Assembly (NCBI GenBank): GCA_951406725.2
Contig: OX597830.1
Coordinates: 39,432,001 to 39,496,000, forward strand
DNA length: 64,000 bases
Direction: 5' to 3'
Source of the DNA: Octopus vulgaris
Lineage: Eukaryota
Under the pieces are notes generated by a model, which was given only the letters and a program-made list of their open reading frames with translations, did not search any database and was not told the DNA's origin. The stretch's first letter is position 1. Each line of letters opens with the position of its first letter. Positions 24,750 to 37,852 of the stretch are shown piece by piece. The position numbers and the translations under genes are program-made.

Positions 24750-27200
24750 GAACGGGGGAATGTATCCTGAGGTCATTCAGTTCAAAAGAGGAAGAAACCA
24801 TGTAAGAAATATTTAGTAAATGAAAGAATGGAAACTGCAGAATCAAAAAGGCTATATTGATATAATACTCCTGCTGCAAGCAAATCCTAACTGTTTATTA
24901 AAGACTGCTGAAATCTTCAAAAAAACAATAATGATTTTTTTTTTTAAATACACTGCTTCAAGGAATCTACCAAAAGCATCAATCTTACGTAAATTTAGAA
25001 GCTAAGAAACCCTAGATCATTGGTTCCCAATTGGGGTCTACATGGCCCGTAGGGAGCCATATAAGATTTTGTTGTTAAAAGTTATCTGCAATAAATTTGT
25101 TGTACTTCTGCTATTCACAACATATTTTAACAATATTTAATACAATTCCTAATAATATTTAATTATAAAAATACAATATGATTTTTTAAAACATAGAATG
25201 GCTATGAGGGTCCATCTAAGTACAACAGGAATCAAAGGGGTCGATGGGTCAAAAATGGTTGAGACACACTGCCCAAGACGATTGGGAAAGAAGTTTGTGC
25301 TGTCAACAATGAGTAGAATCACAAGAAAAATACTTTGGAAACAAAAAATGCAGATGCAATAAAAGAAAATTATTCTGTCAAATATAATGCAATTTGAAAT
25401 ACAGTATATATAAAATTGCAAATATTTGCAATAACTAATTTGTGCAAATTATTGACAGAGTTAAAGTACTAAATTTGTAATTCAATTAAATAAAAATCAA
25501 CCCACATTACAAACACTATTCAATTATCGGCATTTGTCAGATATTCATATGCAAACAGGGAGCAAAGAACTTACTGTTTGTTAATCATTAGATGGACATA
25601 CAAGATATGAAGTTGTTTTTGTCAGTAAACCATATTTTTATAAGGAGGGAGGAGTTGTGGATATGTGGCAATGACACAGCATCAATGCAAGATTTCAAAC
25701 TAAAAATAAATTTGCAAAGCACTGAGCCAACAATATTCACCAGATCCATCAATCAGTAAGTACTGGCAAAAAATTTATTCAGATCTAAGTATGGTCATAA
25801 ATGGAAATAATAAACACTATTACAAATCGATAGAAAAGCCATCTACCATATTTCTGGCATATATGTCGATGTAGTATCTAGGATAAACATGTAGTGTATA
25901 CATTCAAACAATGTCATTATCTTTCCAAATTTTGCTGCATTTCACAAGGACTTTTTGGTCCCCCAAAGTCGTCTTGGTATATAAGTGGACCTACCATTTT
26001 TGATCATAAATTTTCTTCTGGAGAATTCAATTTGTATCCTAGATAATACAATATTGGGAGATATGGGACTCAAATTCGGTAAACTTTTACTGCAGACAGA
26101 AATGTAAAGTTTCCCCAAGGGATGAACTTTGAAACAACTAATAGACTAAAAGCAAAAATTAAGAAAGGGGTTTATCTGAAAATAACTAAAATCTTACAGG
26201 ATCTTACAATAATAAAGATTGGCTTATCCAATTTTATTGTCAGATATGTTTATAAATTTTAATGAAATACTTAACATGTTTCTGCATAAGAAGGAAGCAA
26301 ACACTTCAATTTGAAAGATAAAAAAGAAATGAAATATTTGGGAAAACATTTAAACCTATGGAAACAAGCAGTGCAAGATATAAATTTGAAATGTTTTAGA
26401 CATGCCTATGTAGTTTAGAAGCTCACTTTTAGATTCAGTTCCATAATATGGGAGCTTGTGCAAATACCATCTACAAAAGTCTTGGGTCAAGCAATGCCTT
26501 GAGAAAGAATTTGGTAGATGGAAATTGTGTAGAATCCCATTATATAAATGTGTGTGTATGTGTGAGTTTGTTTTATATTCCCTCCTCATCACCCTTTGAC
26601 AACCTCTGTTGGTTTGTTTATGTCCCCATAACCTAGCAGCTTCAGCAAAGAGACCAATAGAATAAGTACCACACTTTAAAATACAAGTACCATGATCGAT
26701 TTGTTTGACTACATCGTTCAAGGCAATGCCCCAGCATGGCCACAGCACAACAACTGAAACAAGGTGAAATAGACATGATTTTGTCTCTGAAAATAATTCA
26801 ACTTTTTATTGATTATAATTGAACATTTAGTATGTACGGTAAAAATGTGCAAATATTTTCTAGCAGATGTAGAAAATGTTAAATTAGATTTTGTGCAAAT
26901 CTCGTTCATTTTAGCAAAAGGACAAGGGAAATATGTTTCTTTGAATGAAAGTTCAAAATGTTACAGAGCTGTCATGAGATTCAAGTCTCAAACTAGAATT
27001 TTTAGAAACAAATTTGAACAAGACTTCTCGATAATATAAAATCAGAATTTCCAAAAACTATCCGAATAAGCAATGGTGGCTCTTCTACTGTTACCTTCCA
27101 CATGTTTATGCAAATATTTCTGCACCTAGTAGTTGATGACTACAAGGATCAAGTGAGGCCCTCAATGGAGCACTGTTCGTACATCAAGGAGAGTTCTGTT
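24750..27200 (+). mobile_element. Decayed hAT Buster/Charlie-type transposase
   Basis: Frameshifted remnants: TNTIQLSAFVRYSY (25510), IHQ*VLAK (25745), LLLLPSTCLCK (27080); interrupted by MITEs and a SINE. Confidence 0.7.
25018..25271. mobile_element. hAT (Charlie-type) MITE
   Basis: TIRs cattggttcccaa / ttgagacacactg; imperfect 8-bp TSD ccctagat / cccaagac; second copy at 59208-59452. Confidence 0.8.
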
Positions 27201-27221
27201 GCCATTCTGATAAACATCCTG

Positions 27222-28760
27222 TATCATGCGAAGCTGAAAAGTTCATAGGCTGACCAAGATACTCTCATGGAATGCAACCAAATGAGGTTTATTTTTCAAC
27301 AAAGTCCCCTGTGTGGTTCACACACATTGTCCATCAGTGTTGCAGTGCTTGGATCCCAACGGTGAAGAAGCTTTCATCCTGTTGGTCGGAAAAAGTCATC
27401 AACAGCACAGATGACATCATCATCATTGTGATACTAGTTCCCAGCCAAGTGTTTTTTTTTTATGTTGGTGGATAGATGATTGTCAAGGAGGTGCAATGGC
27501 CCAGTGGTTAGGGCAGCGGACTCGCGGTCGTAGGATTCCCAGACCGGGCGTTGTGAGTGTTTATTGAGCGAAAACACCTAAAGCTCCACGAGGCTCCGGC
27601 AGGGATGGTGGTGATCCCTGCTGTACTCTTTCACTACAACTTTCTCTCACTCTTACTTCCTGTTTCTGTTGTACCTGTATTTTATTTCAAAGGGCCGGCC
27701 TTGTCACTCTCTGTGTCACACTGAATATCCCCAAGAACTACGTTAAGGGTACACGTGTCTGTGGAGTGCTCAGCCACTTACACGTTAATTTCACGAGCAG
27801 GCTGTTCTGTTGATCGGATCAACCGGAACCCTCATCGTCATAACACAGATGATAGTCAGATGGAGCCAGATCACGAGACTATGGAAGGTGGTCAACCAAT
27901 TCAAAGCCACAGTCATGCACAGAGGCCATTGAAACTGAGGGCTCGTGTACTGTAGCACTGTCCTGACGAAACCAGACACCTTTTGTCAGTTTTCATAAGT
28001 GTTTGGTCTTTATAGCCTTTTGTAACTGCCTCAACAAGTTGGCATAGTACTTTCCATTGATGGCACAGCCCTTTTGAAGATAGTTAATAAATACAATGCC
28101 TTTTGCATCCCAAAAAACTGAGACTATCACCTCCCTGAAGATGATAGGACTTTGGTCTTCTTTGGTTACAGGTGATGAGTGGTGTTTCCATGGCATGGAT
28201 TGTCCTTTGGTCAATGGCTCAATTTGATGAACCCATGATTCATCCTGGCTTAGGAAACATTCAAGGAAACCAGTTAGATCTACCTCAAACAATATCAAAT
28301 TTTCCTGTGATGTGATCATCCCAGTGTGTTTTTAATCAGTTGTCAGGAGACATGGCACCCACCAAGCAGAAACCTTTGTCATGCCAAGTGCATAATGCAA
28401 AATATTTTCAACTCTCTCATGGGATATGCTAATAGCATTAACTATTTGATTTATCATCAATCGCCTGTCACCTATCACCATGGGGTGAACATGATCAATG
28501 TTTTCCTCAGTGGTGGCAGTTGCAGGTTGTCCAGACCTTGGATTATCTTCAAACTCTCCCTTTCTCTCCTAAATTCAGCATCCCACTTTGATAAAGCTGC
28601 AGCATTAACCCCCTAATGTAGCGACCCTGTCAGCATGAATGTCCTTGGGGCTGAACCCTTTTCTGAAGGTACTTCATAACACCACAATGCCAAATTTAGC
28701 CGATTTTCAAGAGAAGTTGTTACTACTTACTTTTGAAGTCTTCTTTGAACAACCAAATGT
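27222..28760 (-). mobile_element. Decayed mariner element with nested SINE (27488-27850)
   Basis: ORF 27993-28319 SQDESWVHQIEP..VFWDAKGIVFINYLQKG; same family as 23845-24326. Confidence 0.85.
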
Positions 28761-28778
28761 CATTATTATTATTATTTA

Positions 28779-29005
28779 GGTCGAACTCAGAATCTTGGGG
28801 TTAGTAGCCTGCACTCTTAACCAATATGCCATATGCCCGTGGGCATGATAACCCAGGTTCGAAATTACCCCAGGACACCTGATGAAGGCTGGAGGGTATA
28901 TCAACCGAAACATTGTGTTAACAGCAAACAAGATGAGGACAAATATCTGTCAAATGTAAATAATGTAGATAATGTACATAATTCCTCATCTCTTAAATAT
29001 AGAAC
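28779..29005. mobile_element. Hammerhead SINE-like element, copy B (tRNA head inverted)
   Basis: 28779-28838 is the tRNA head on minus; 28850-29005 is the hammerhead (28874-28919) and tail on plus. Confidence 0.75.
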
Positions 29006-29649
29006 CAAATTGTAGAACCAAATGTCAGTTTACCTGGAAAGAAAAATCATCATCAACTAACGTCCATTCTCCATACTGGTATGGGTTGGAAGGTTTGACA
29101 GGAGCTGGTCAGCTGGAGAGCTGCCCAAGCTACATTTTGTCTGTTTTGGCATGGTTTCTAGGGTCGGATGCCCTCCTTACTGCCAACCACTTTACAGTGT
29201 ACTGGGTGCTTTATTGTGGCACAGGCACAGGTGATTTTAAATCACACCAGCCTGGCTGCTTTTACATGGTACTTGCACAGGCACTTTCAGGGGCCCCATA
29301 AGAGCACAATGTAATTATTAATAAGAAGAGAGTTGAAATTAATGCTAACGTTTCACCGGCTTCTTTCAGTTTTCCTCTACCAAATCTACATTGATTGGCC
29401 GAGGGAGATAGTCAAAGATATTTTACCAAAGTGCTGTAAAGTGGTACTGAACCCTAAAACACATGAGGTTTCCATATACCAAATTCACTCACAAAGCATT
29501 AGTCAACCCAAGGACAGTAAAAGACACATGCTCAAAGTGCTGCCACACAGTGGAACTGAACTGAAAACCACAAGGCTGCAAAGCGGGCTTCTTAACCACA
29601 CAGCTGTAGACTTCAAATAATCAAAACAGAAATAACATTTGAAAAACAT

Positions 29650-29660
29650 TTTATTTTATT
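29650..29660 (-). promoter_or_regulatory. Putative B9D1 polyadenylation signal (two overlapping AATAAA)
   Basis: Plus strand tttattttatt = AATAAAATAAA on minus, about 200 nt after the stop codon. Confidence 0.55.
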
Positions 29661-29858
29661 GATTAAAAACTAACATCTGCATACAATATATTATGGTACA
29701 TAATGTATAAACATTAAAAAAATAGTCTGTATACTATAGATGGTAAGTGTTACATCATAGAAATGATGGAATAAATTTCTTTGGACAGTCGATGGAATAA
29801 ATATTTAAGAATATAAAATGACAATTGAAAATGTTTTGACAGAATCTCAGAAGAAGGT

Positions 29859-30001
29859 TCAGGATTTCACTGCTGCAATGGTTTCTGTTGCTGCTGTCCC
29901 TTGGGGTTGGCTGACTTGATTGATGTAACCAAGTTTTTTGATATCTTTGCTGACAACGTTGAAAGTTACATTCACAAATCCTTGAGTTCTCACTCTACAA
30001 A
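29859..30001 (-). CDS. B9D1: B9D1 last coding exon (143 nt to TGA)
   Basis: tatttatag|TTTGTAGA...; (V)[46 protein letters not shown]. The four exons total 483 nt, an uninterrupted 160 aa plus stop. Confidence 0.94.
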
Positions 30002-30035
30002 CTATAAATATATAACGAAAACAACAACAACATTA

Positions 30036-30090
<55 letters not shown>

Positions 30091-30107
30091 TAATAATAAC
30101 AATAATG

Positions 30108-30465
30108 ATGCTGGATCATAGATATAGCATGCCCAGCTGACAACAAGGTATGCAACAAGGAAGAGAGAAAAGTCGAGGGATATGACAAGTTAGCTTGGGA
30201 AGTTAAGCAGTTGTGGTCGATGAAAAAGGTAGCAGTAGTACCAATAATTGTCTGAGCCCTGGGAACAGTGAGCAAAAATTTTGAGAAGTACGTGAAACAA
30301 ATAGGATCTGTAATAAGGGTAGGGCACTTGCAGAAAATAGCACTGCTTGGAACCGCTTGAATACTCTGAAAGGTGCTCAAAAAACAAGAGGTGTTACCTT
30401 AGTTCACTGGTAGTGAGCAGATGACACTGTAGTACATTTCCAGCGTTAGAAGACTGTGCAAAGAT
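30108..30465 (+). mobile_element. Dong/R4-clade LINE 3' fragment in (TAA)n
   Basis: Translates CWIIDIACPADNKVCNKEERKVEGYDKLAWEVKQLWSMKKVAVVPIIV*ALGTVSK...LQKIALLGTA, the restriction-like endonuclease end of R4/Dong; (TAA)n on both sides. Confidence 0.85.
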
Positions 30466-30522
30466 AATAATGATAATAATAATCATAATAGTAATGATTC
30501 CTTTTATTTGCTACCAGGGTGA

Positions 30523-30582
<60 letters not shown>

Positions 30583-32779
30583 AATAATAATAATGATGGT
30601 GATGACGATTTCAAATTTTGCTACAAGGGCAGCAATTTTGGGAGTGGGGACAAGTCAATTTCCTTGACCCCAGTGTTTCACTGGTACTTATTTAATTGAC
30701 CCTGAAAGGTTGAAAGGCAAAGTCAATCTCGGCAGAATTTGAACCCGGAACATAAGGACAGATGAAATGCTACTAAGCAATTTGCTTAGTGTGCTAACGA
30801 TTCTGCCAATTCGCCACCGAGGAGGAGGAGGAGAAAAGGGAGGAGGAAGGGGAGAAGATGGGAGGAGGAAGAGGAGGAGGTCAACAACAATAAATACATA
30901 TACATAACTGTTGAACATTCAGATTACTCTGTCAAATGTAATATTTATTGGTATTGCTATGAATTAATCAGGCATTATCTCATAGCTTCAACATTTTGAA
31001 GATATAATTGCATTTTTTTGGAATGGTATTGTAATGCAGGTGTGAGAGGCCAGATCTGGCCAATTTGAACATAAGAAAAAAAAACAAGCAGATTATTTGG
31101 GTTTGATATGATTGGTTTAAATAATGAAGGATTAAGAGAAAAAGGAGAAAATGACATAAATGTTTTGATAACAAAGCTCATTCAAACATTGACGCAAATT
31201 TTGGGGAAAGGAACATGATTAGACTCAGTACTTGGTTTGTCCTTATATTACTGAACCCAAACAAAGACAAATTCAACATCTTCACAGACTTGGAACTTAT
31301 AATGTCAAGGGACACAACCCAGTACCCTTAATCTCAATTTCTATGATTTCATTCATCTACCAACCATGTTAATCATAATAACATTGGTGTCTTTGTGAAC
31401 CACGCCCAGGACCCACTGCTTTAAAGGGTAGAAAAGAGGAGTTCATTGAGGGGAGTATTGGTCCATAAGTGATGTGAAACAGCCCCACCAACAAAATTAA
31501 TTACAACTCAGTCTCAGTTTTTGGTTACCCTCCACCCTGCTATCTTGTGCTCTCCCAAAGATTATCATAATGTTAATTTTGTATATCTGATGGGTCAAAA
31601 ATCTCAGCCTGTTTTTAATTCATAGTTAATGGATGTTGTTTTTCATTTTTGTTACATAAGAATATCATAAACTTTCCATTTCTAAGCCCCCTTCTAATTT
31701 CGTGTTTTGTTAAAAGCCTAGCTAAAAGCAAAACAGTTATTTCTGGACCCTATATACATACATATTATATTGGCTTTTTGTAGCATGCTAAAGGGTTGAT
31801 TCTGCCATGCACTATGAAGAAAAAATTGCTCAATGAATAGGAATAAATCGATAATTGTTGACATGGTAACAGGATGACCTCAAACTGATTATAATGGAAG
31901 TTGATAAAACAATTAGTAGAAGACACTTGCCCAAGGTTCCACACAGTGGGACTGAACCCAGACCTATGTGGTTCGTAAGCAAACTACTTACCACACAGCC
32001 ACTCCTACGCCTATGTTCTATCAATGATCATAATGTTTATATCAAAAAAATATAATTCACGACAGAGCAAAGTACCCAGTACACACTGTTAACATTAGGA
32101 AGGGCATCCAGTTATAGAAAGCATGCGAAAGCTGAAACTGGAGCTCAGTGCAGCCCCACTGATCACCAGATCTTGTCAAACTGCATAAACCACACCAACA
32201 TGGAAAACAGATATTAAATGAAGATGATAATGAAGTGAGTGAAATAGAATATAAAAAGGAAAGAAGATGAGAAACATTAGAGGATGAGAAACACAAAAGA
32301 CAGGATTGGAAATATCATTTAATTTTTAAAAATCTCAAAATACTCTGATGGCTCAATTGATCTATAATAACAGTTTACATTGCATATCACATAATGCAAG
32401 AATATGAAGAGAGAAAGGAAGACAGCAAGGGAAAGAAAGAACATAAAGGGAAAAAAAGAAAAGAAGAGGAAAGAATAACAGAAGATAAAAGGAGATAAGA
32501 AAGTGATAGAGATTAAAATAAGAAAGCAAAAAATGTAATAATATCAAAGCAAACACAGATAAGAAATGACAAGAAATTTAAGGGTGTGACAAATAAACAA
32601 ATAACCAAGGAAAGAAATAGTGAGAGAGAAATATAATAAAAATAATCATTGAATTTCTACTTTCTCAAAGTATTATGTCAGATTGGTTGATTTATAATAA
32701 TGGAGTAGGAATTTTGTCTTGTGTGAACAAGCACAAGGATCTTGTATTCAAGAAGGGTTTGTTTCATTTTTTAAAAATC

Positions 32780-33060
32780 TTATTACCTTTCTGTTGAAAG
32801 TAATATGATAACTGAGTGCATTTCTGCTTTTGCCAAACTTGCAAGTACATGCAGATGCAAGAAGGAATCGACATACTTCAAAAGTAATGTCTCTAATATT
32901 TATAGGTCTCTACACATGGGAAACTGTGTCAAAAATCTCCACTCAGGTTAACAAATAGGTGCCTGTGGGAATAATATCTTGTCCCTTGAAATCATTTGCC
33001 ATCACTCCAATAGGGCTTTCATTTTGATTGAGAGTTATCATTCAATTTTAGCTTGGTACA
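32780..33060 (-). mobile_element. Possible Helitron helicase C-terminal relic
   Basis: Frameshifted TQFP..INIRDITFEVCRFLL..ACTCKFGKS resembles QFP..TINKSQGQTF..ACSRVG. Confidence 0.3.
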
Positions 33061-33070
33061 ATATGCTTAA

Positions 33071-33134
<64 letters not shown>

Positions 33135-33397
33135 TAAAGTGACGAGCTTGCAGAATCGTTAGCACACCAGGCAAAATGCTTAGCAGTATTTCACTTATCT
33201 TTACATTCTAAGTTCAAACTCCACTGAGGTTGACTTTGTCTTTCATCCTTTCGAAGTCAATAAATCAAGTACCAGTCAAGTACTGTGGTTGATGTAATCA
33301 ACATACCCCCTCCTCCAAGTTTCAAGCCTTGTGCATATAATAGAAAGGATTATTATTATTGTTATTATTGTTATGATAACTATTATTATTATTGTTA

Positions 33398-33952
33398 TTG
33401 AGTGAGAGAGCAGTACATGCCATCAAAGTGACACTGGGGTAAAATATATGAAGCCCAGCATACCCATCATGACTACTCATCTGATAAGGATACACAAGGT
33501 ACATGCATCACAGCCATATATGCACGACATGGTGATCTCATATCAAGATAAACAGCACATCACCTTGCAGGTGGGGCCCAGTTAGAATTTTCTTCAGGTT
33601 GAGTGACCCATCCAACTCAAAAGTTCCTGAATAAGGGTTGTTTAAGGATGTTGAACAAAACACCCATGTTTCCAGAAGTGAATTATTCAAATCCCAAAGA
33701 ATCCCTCTCAACACATGGCTATGATGCTCCCCCACTACTTCTGCTCATGATCAGAGATGCACATATCATCAGCCACTAAGGGACATGCTCAACTGGTTAA
33801 GGTCAAACAACTGACAAGCAAATCTGTGGTATTGAGCAGAATATTTGCTGTAGCCCATCTTTTATACCAAGACAAAACAATGTACATGATGACACTTCCA
33901 ATCAGTTAAGATCAGAAGCCATGAGAGACACTGCCTGGTACTGCATCAGGGC
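33398..33952 (-). mobile_element. About 550-bp non-coding interspersed repeat abutting (AAT)n, copy 1
   Basis: Homologous over its full length to 44654-45188; both abut (ATT)n at the same end. Confidence 0.75.
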
Positions 33953-34603
33953 ATTTCACCACTACCACCACCACCACCATTATTGGCATTAATGAAGCTT
34001 ATAAAGCTGGAAAACTTTTCACAACTTTTTTTTCCATCTGTATTAATGAATATTTTATTTATGTTTTTTAGTTTCAGCTCACAAGCTGTGGCCATGCTGG
34101 GGCACCGCCATTCAGAGATAAATATCAAATCTGATAGGAAATTTCTATGAAAATCTTGTTTAGTAAAAATTAGAGAACTGCAACAGTTGAAGACGCTCAA
34201 CTCAACAAAAACAACTGGATTTCTTTGACAAGGATTTATTTAATCTTATATGACATCAGATTCTGGAAATTTAACAATAGATTCCAAAGTAATTTAAAGA
34301 GTTAACTTAATTTCTGAAGTAACTCATATAAAATACAAGTTGCATTCAAATAAGAGTTTTAAAAGTCATTACATTCTTAGATAGATAATCTCAATATTTT
34401 CATTTCATTCCTTAGTCAGAAGATAAAAGATATAAAGATTTAGCCTCAATAAATACCCACACATGCCAGCATGGAAAGCAGATGTTAAATGATGATGGTA
34501 ATGATGATGGTGGTAGTAGTGATGATGATGATGAGGAGGAGGATGATATTCTTTCAGTATCGAGTACTCACATTTTTCCAACTTGTTTGCAATTGGGCTT
34601 TCA

Positions 34604-34659
<56 letters not shown>

Positions 34660-34743
34660 TTTGCTCTAAAATGATGTATGATAGATAAAGATTGCATACA
34701 GTCTGATAAATTGCCATGCAACCTTGACTGCAAGAACAGCTTT

Positions 34744-34940
34744 CTTTATTTGTTTCAGTCATTTGACTGTGGCCATGCTGGAGCACCACCTTTAGTCAAG
34801 CAAATCGACCCCAGGACTTATTCTTTGTAAGTCTAGTACTTATTCTATTGGTCTCTCTTGCCAAACCACTAAGTTACGGGGACGTAAACACACCAGCATC
34901 GGTTGTCAAGCAATGTTGGTAGACAAACACAGACACACAA

Positions 34941-34993
<53 letters not shown>

Positions 34994-35136
34994 TATTTAT
35001 ATATATACGACAGGCTTCTTTCAGTTTCTGTCTACCAAATCCACTCACAAGGCTTTAGTCGGCCCAAGGCTATAGTAGAAGAATCTTGCCCAAGGTGCCA
35101 CGCAGTGGGACTGAACCCGGAGCCATTCCTGTGCCT
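34744..35136 (-). mobile_element. SINE family A
   Basis: Homologous to 1468-1930. Confidence 0.88.
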
Positions 35137-35524
35137 ATGCTGATGAGGATAAAAAAATAGGAACGAAATCACATTTCAGTTGTTAGGCCAAGTTCTCATT
35201 GTTTGAGATATTAAGAATTAATCCTCTTCAGATTAATAGCTCACGTGATGAAAACTCTAGTTATCAATAAATAGTATTAAATAGTAAAACACTACTGTTT
35301 AAAACAAAATTAGCACTTGGTATATAAAGGCGAGTTACTAAATACCATATTGCATTTAAGTTTGCCACTTGACCAATTTTTACCATCAGTACTAATAACT
35401 CTTCAACTCATCATCTTAAACATAAGTATCATAGAAAAAAACCCACTTTTACACATCAACAGTATATATAAAAGATGGCAGTAAAGAGCTTTGACCTTTT
35501 AGCATTCAGGTTACTCTGTGAAAT

Positions 35525-36008
35525 TTAACTCTTTTGTTACCATATTTCTGTTGAGATGCTCTGTGTTTCTTTCAATTCATTTCAAAGATGAAAAAGAATT
35601 TAGTCAAATAATTTAGTTATCATTAAGCTAATGTTAGGAACATAAATTGTGACTAAAGTTTGGTGGAAGGTTTTAATTCAAAACTTATAGAAAGAAGACA
35701 TTTGTACTACAGAGCCAGAGGAAGTTTCAGCCAGACTGGTATTAAAAGGGGTTAAGAACTGTTTCTCAATTATATATATTAACCCTTTTGTTACCATATT
35801 TCTGTCGAGATGCTCTGTGTTTCTTTCAATTAATTTTAAATATGAAAAAGAATTTAGTAAAATAACTTAGTTATCATTAAGCTAGTGTTAGGAACATAAA
35901 CTATGACTAAGGTTTGGAGGGAGATATTAATTCAGAACATTTGAAAACAAGACATTGGTACTACAGCGCCAGAGGTGGTTTCAGGTTGGTTGATACCAAA
36001 AGGGTTCA
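35525..36008. mobile_element. Two tandem piggyBac-type MITEs, nested in another TTAA MITE (35490-36200)
   Basis: ttaacccttt...aaagggtt ends; copies 35525-35755 and 35779-36008; same family at 42061-42287. Confidence 0.75.
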
Positions 36009-36244
36009 TGATTATTCCTTGTTTTGAATTAATCATGCATCTCTTAGCTTTGAGATTACAATCATGTGACTGTTTATTTATTTATTTTTTCTTTTTTAGG
36101 ATGACACAGCAGGATGAGAGTGAAAGGTTAGATATGGACACTTTGAACAGAAAACAGGTAGAATGTTCGGGCCAGATATGGTAAAGATTTAAATGGTAAA
36201 CTACTGTTGTGTAAAACTGAACTGAGAAAACTGAAGTCATTTAC

Positions 36245-36375
36245 CTTCTCTGCCTTCTCCAAGAGCAACAATCCTTGCATCAACAAATTCAGGACGTCTG
36301 CCAAGCAACCAGCTTGTGAATTTCTGCAGCAGGGAGGTAGATTCAGGAACAAACATTGGCAGACAACACGTGTGT
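36245..36375 (-). CDS. B9D1: B9D1 internal coding exon (131 nt)
   Basis: cttttcttag|ACACACG...AGAGAAG|gtaaat; (R)[43 protein letters not shown](V), a conserved B9D1 segment. Confidence 0.96.
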
Positions 36376-37602
36376 CTAAGAAAAGAGAGGACAAAATTAT
36401 GATAAAACAAATTAGCATGGATGCTATTTTAGTCTTTTAGTTCTTTCACCTATTAGACTGCAGCCATGCTGGAGTACCTCCTGGAAAAGTTAGAGTCATT
36501 CGTATCCTCACCATCATCATCATCATTTGACATAATTAAATTAATATATACTTAGCATGTTCTTTTACCTCAGTACCTCTTTATTAAATACCAGTATATA
36601 CCAATTGATTAATATTCACTGATGCCATCTAGTAAGTTAGTATTTAAGCTTATAATATGTATAAATATTAAACTATTTCTGGATAATTTCTTTTCCTCCA
36701 TCTATTGCAGTAAAAGTTTGGCACTGCTCTATGTGGGCACATTTTCCTAAATATAAACGAACAGAAGGCAAAGTTGATCTTGGTAAGACTTGCAATCAGA
36801 GTGCAGGGAGTTTGAACGAATACTGTGATAGTCTATTTAGGGCTGACATGGAGCAAAGCAACCACAATTACTTGAGGAAAGTAATATGGCAGCCCACCTA
36901 ATTCCAAAGCAAAGTATTCGTAAAGCATTTTATCCTTTTGTTATAATTATTCTTCTTAATAATCCTCCGGATAACCTTAAACTTTAACTTTATACAATAT
37001 AGCAGTATTGCTTAAAATATTTAACTATAGCACTACATGATAAGATTTCCCCTGTTTCATTATCAATGAAACAAGGCTAGTGGCCAGCCCCCTTAATTGT
37101 CAGCTAACATCTTGATTTAAGTTTTCCTTTACCAAATCTCATGATATTGTTTTAAATAAATCTTGATTTTTATGACTATACCCACTATGATTTCTGTCGA
37201 CTCCCTCAGCCCTACCCATAACAGATACTGACCCCAGTTTCTCTCGGCCTTAAATATACATGGATTTGATAAAACTAGTCTTTAAATTAAAACTGGCCCC
37301 ATAAAACAGTGACAAGCAAAATCTGTAACAAGTCTTTCTTCCTGATACCTTAGTAGCTTTAAGTAGAAGTGAAGGCAGCATGTTCTTTGTCTATCTCCTT
37401 AACTTCTTGGAGATTTTTGGTAAAATTATACTAATGTGTCCATCTGTTTTAATTTAATTAAATTCTATGTCTTTGCGCAACTGAGGATTGCTTTGCATTT
37501 AAATTGATGTAATGGCTGCATTGTTCAATTAAATGGAGTTGCGTGAAACGATCGTACTGCATTACCTCTGGATATCCTTGTTGCTTATATATAAATATAG
37601 TA

Positions 37603-37852
37603 TGGGCATATGGCGTAGTGGTTAAGAGTGCAGGATACTAACCCCAAGATTCCAAGTTCAATTCCAGACAGTAACCTGAATCATCATCATCATCATCATC
37701 ATCGTAATAATAATAACATCAAAAAATACCCAGGTTCGAAATTTCCCCAAGACACCTGATGAAAGCTGGAGGGTATATCAGCCAAAATGTTGTGTTAACA
37801 AGAAACAAGATGAGGTCAAATATCCGTCAAATGTAGATAATGAAAGTAATGT
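37603..37852 (+). mobile_element. Hammerhead SINE-like element, copy C
   Basis: GGGCATATGGCGTAGTGGTTAAGAG...GTTCAATTCC head, (CAT/AAT)n, CpG-decayed hammerhead 37751-37796, tail. Confidence 0.8.

Noticed and set aside
35139-35175. CTGATGA...GAAA hammerhead-like words (also 61533-61565)
   Set aside because: No pairing stems I/II, or GAAA missing.
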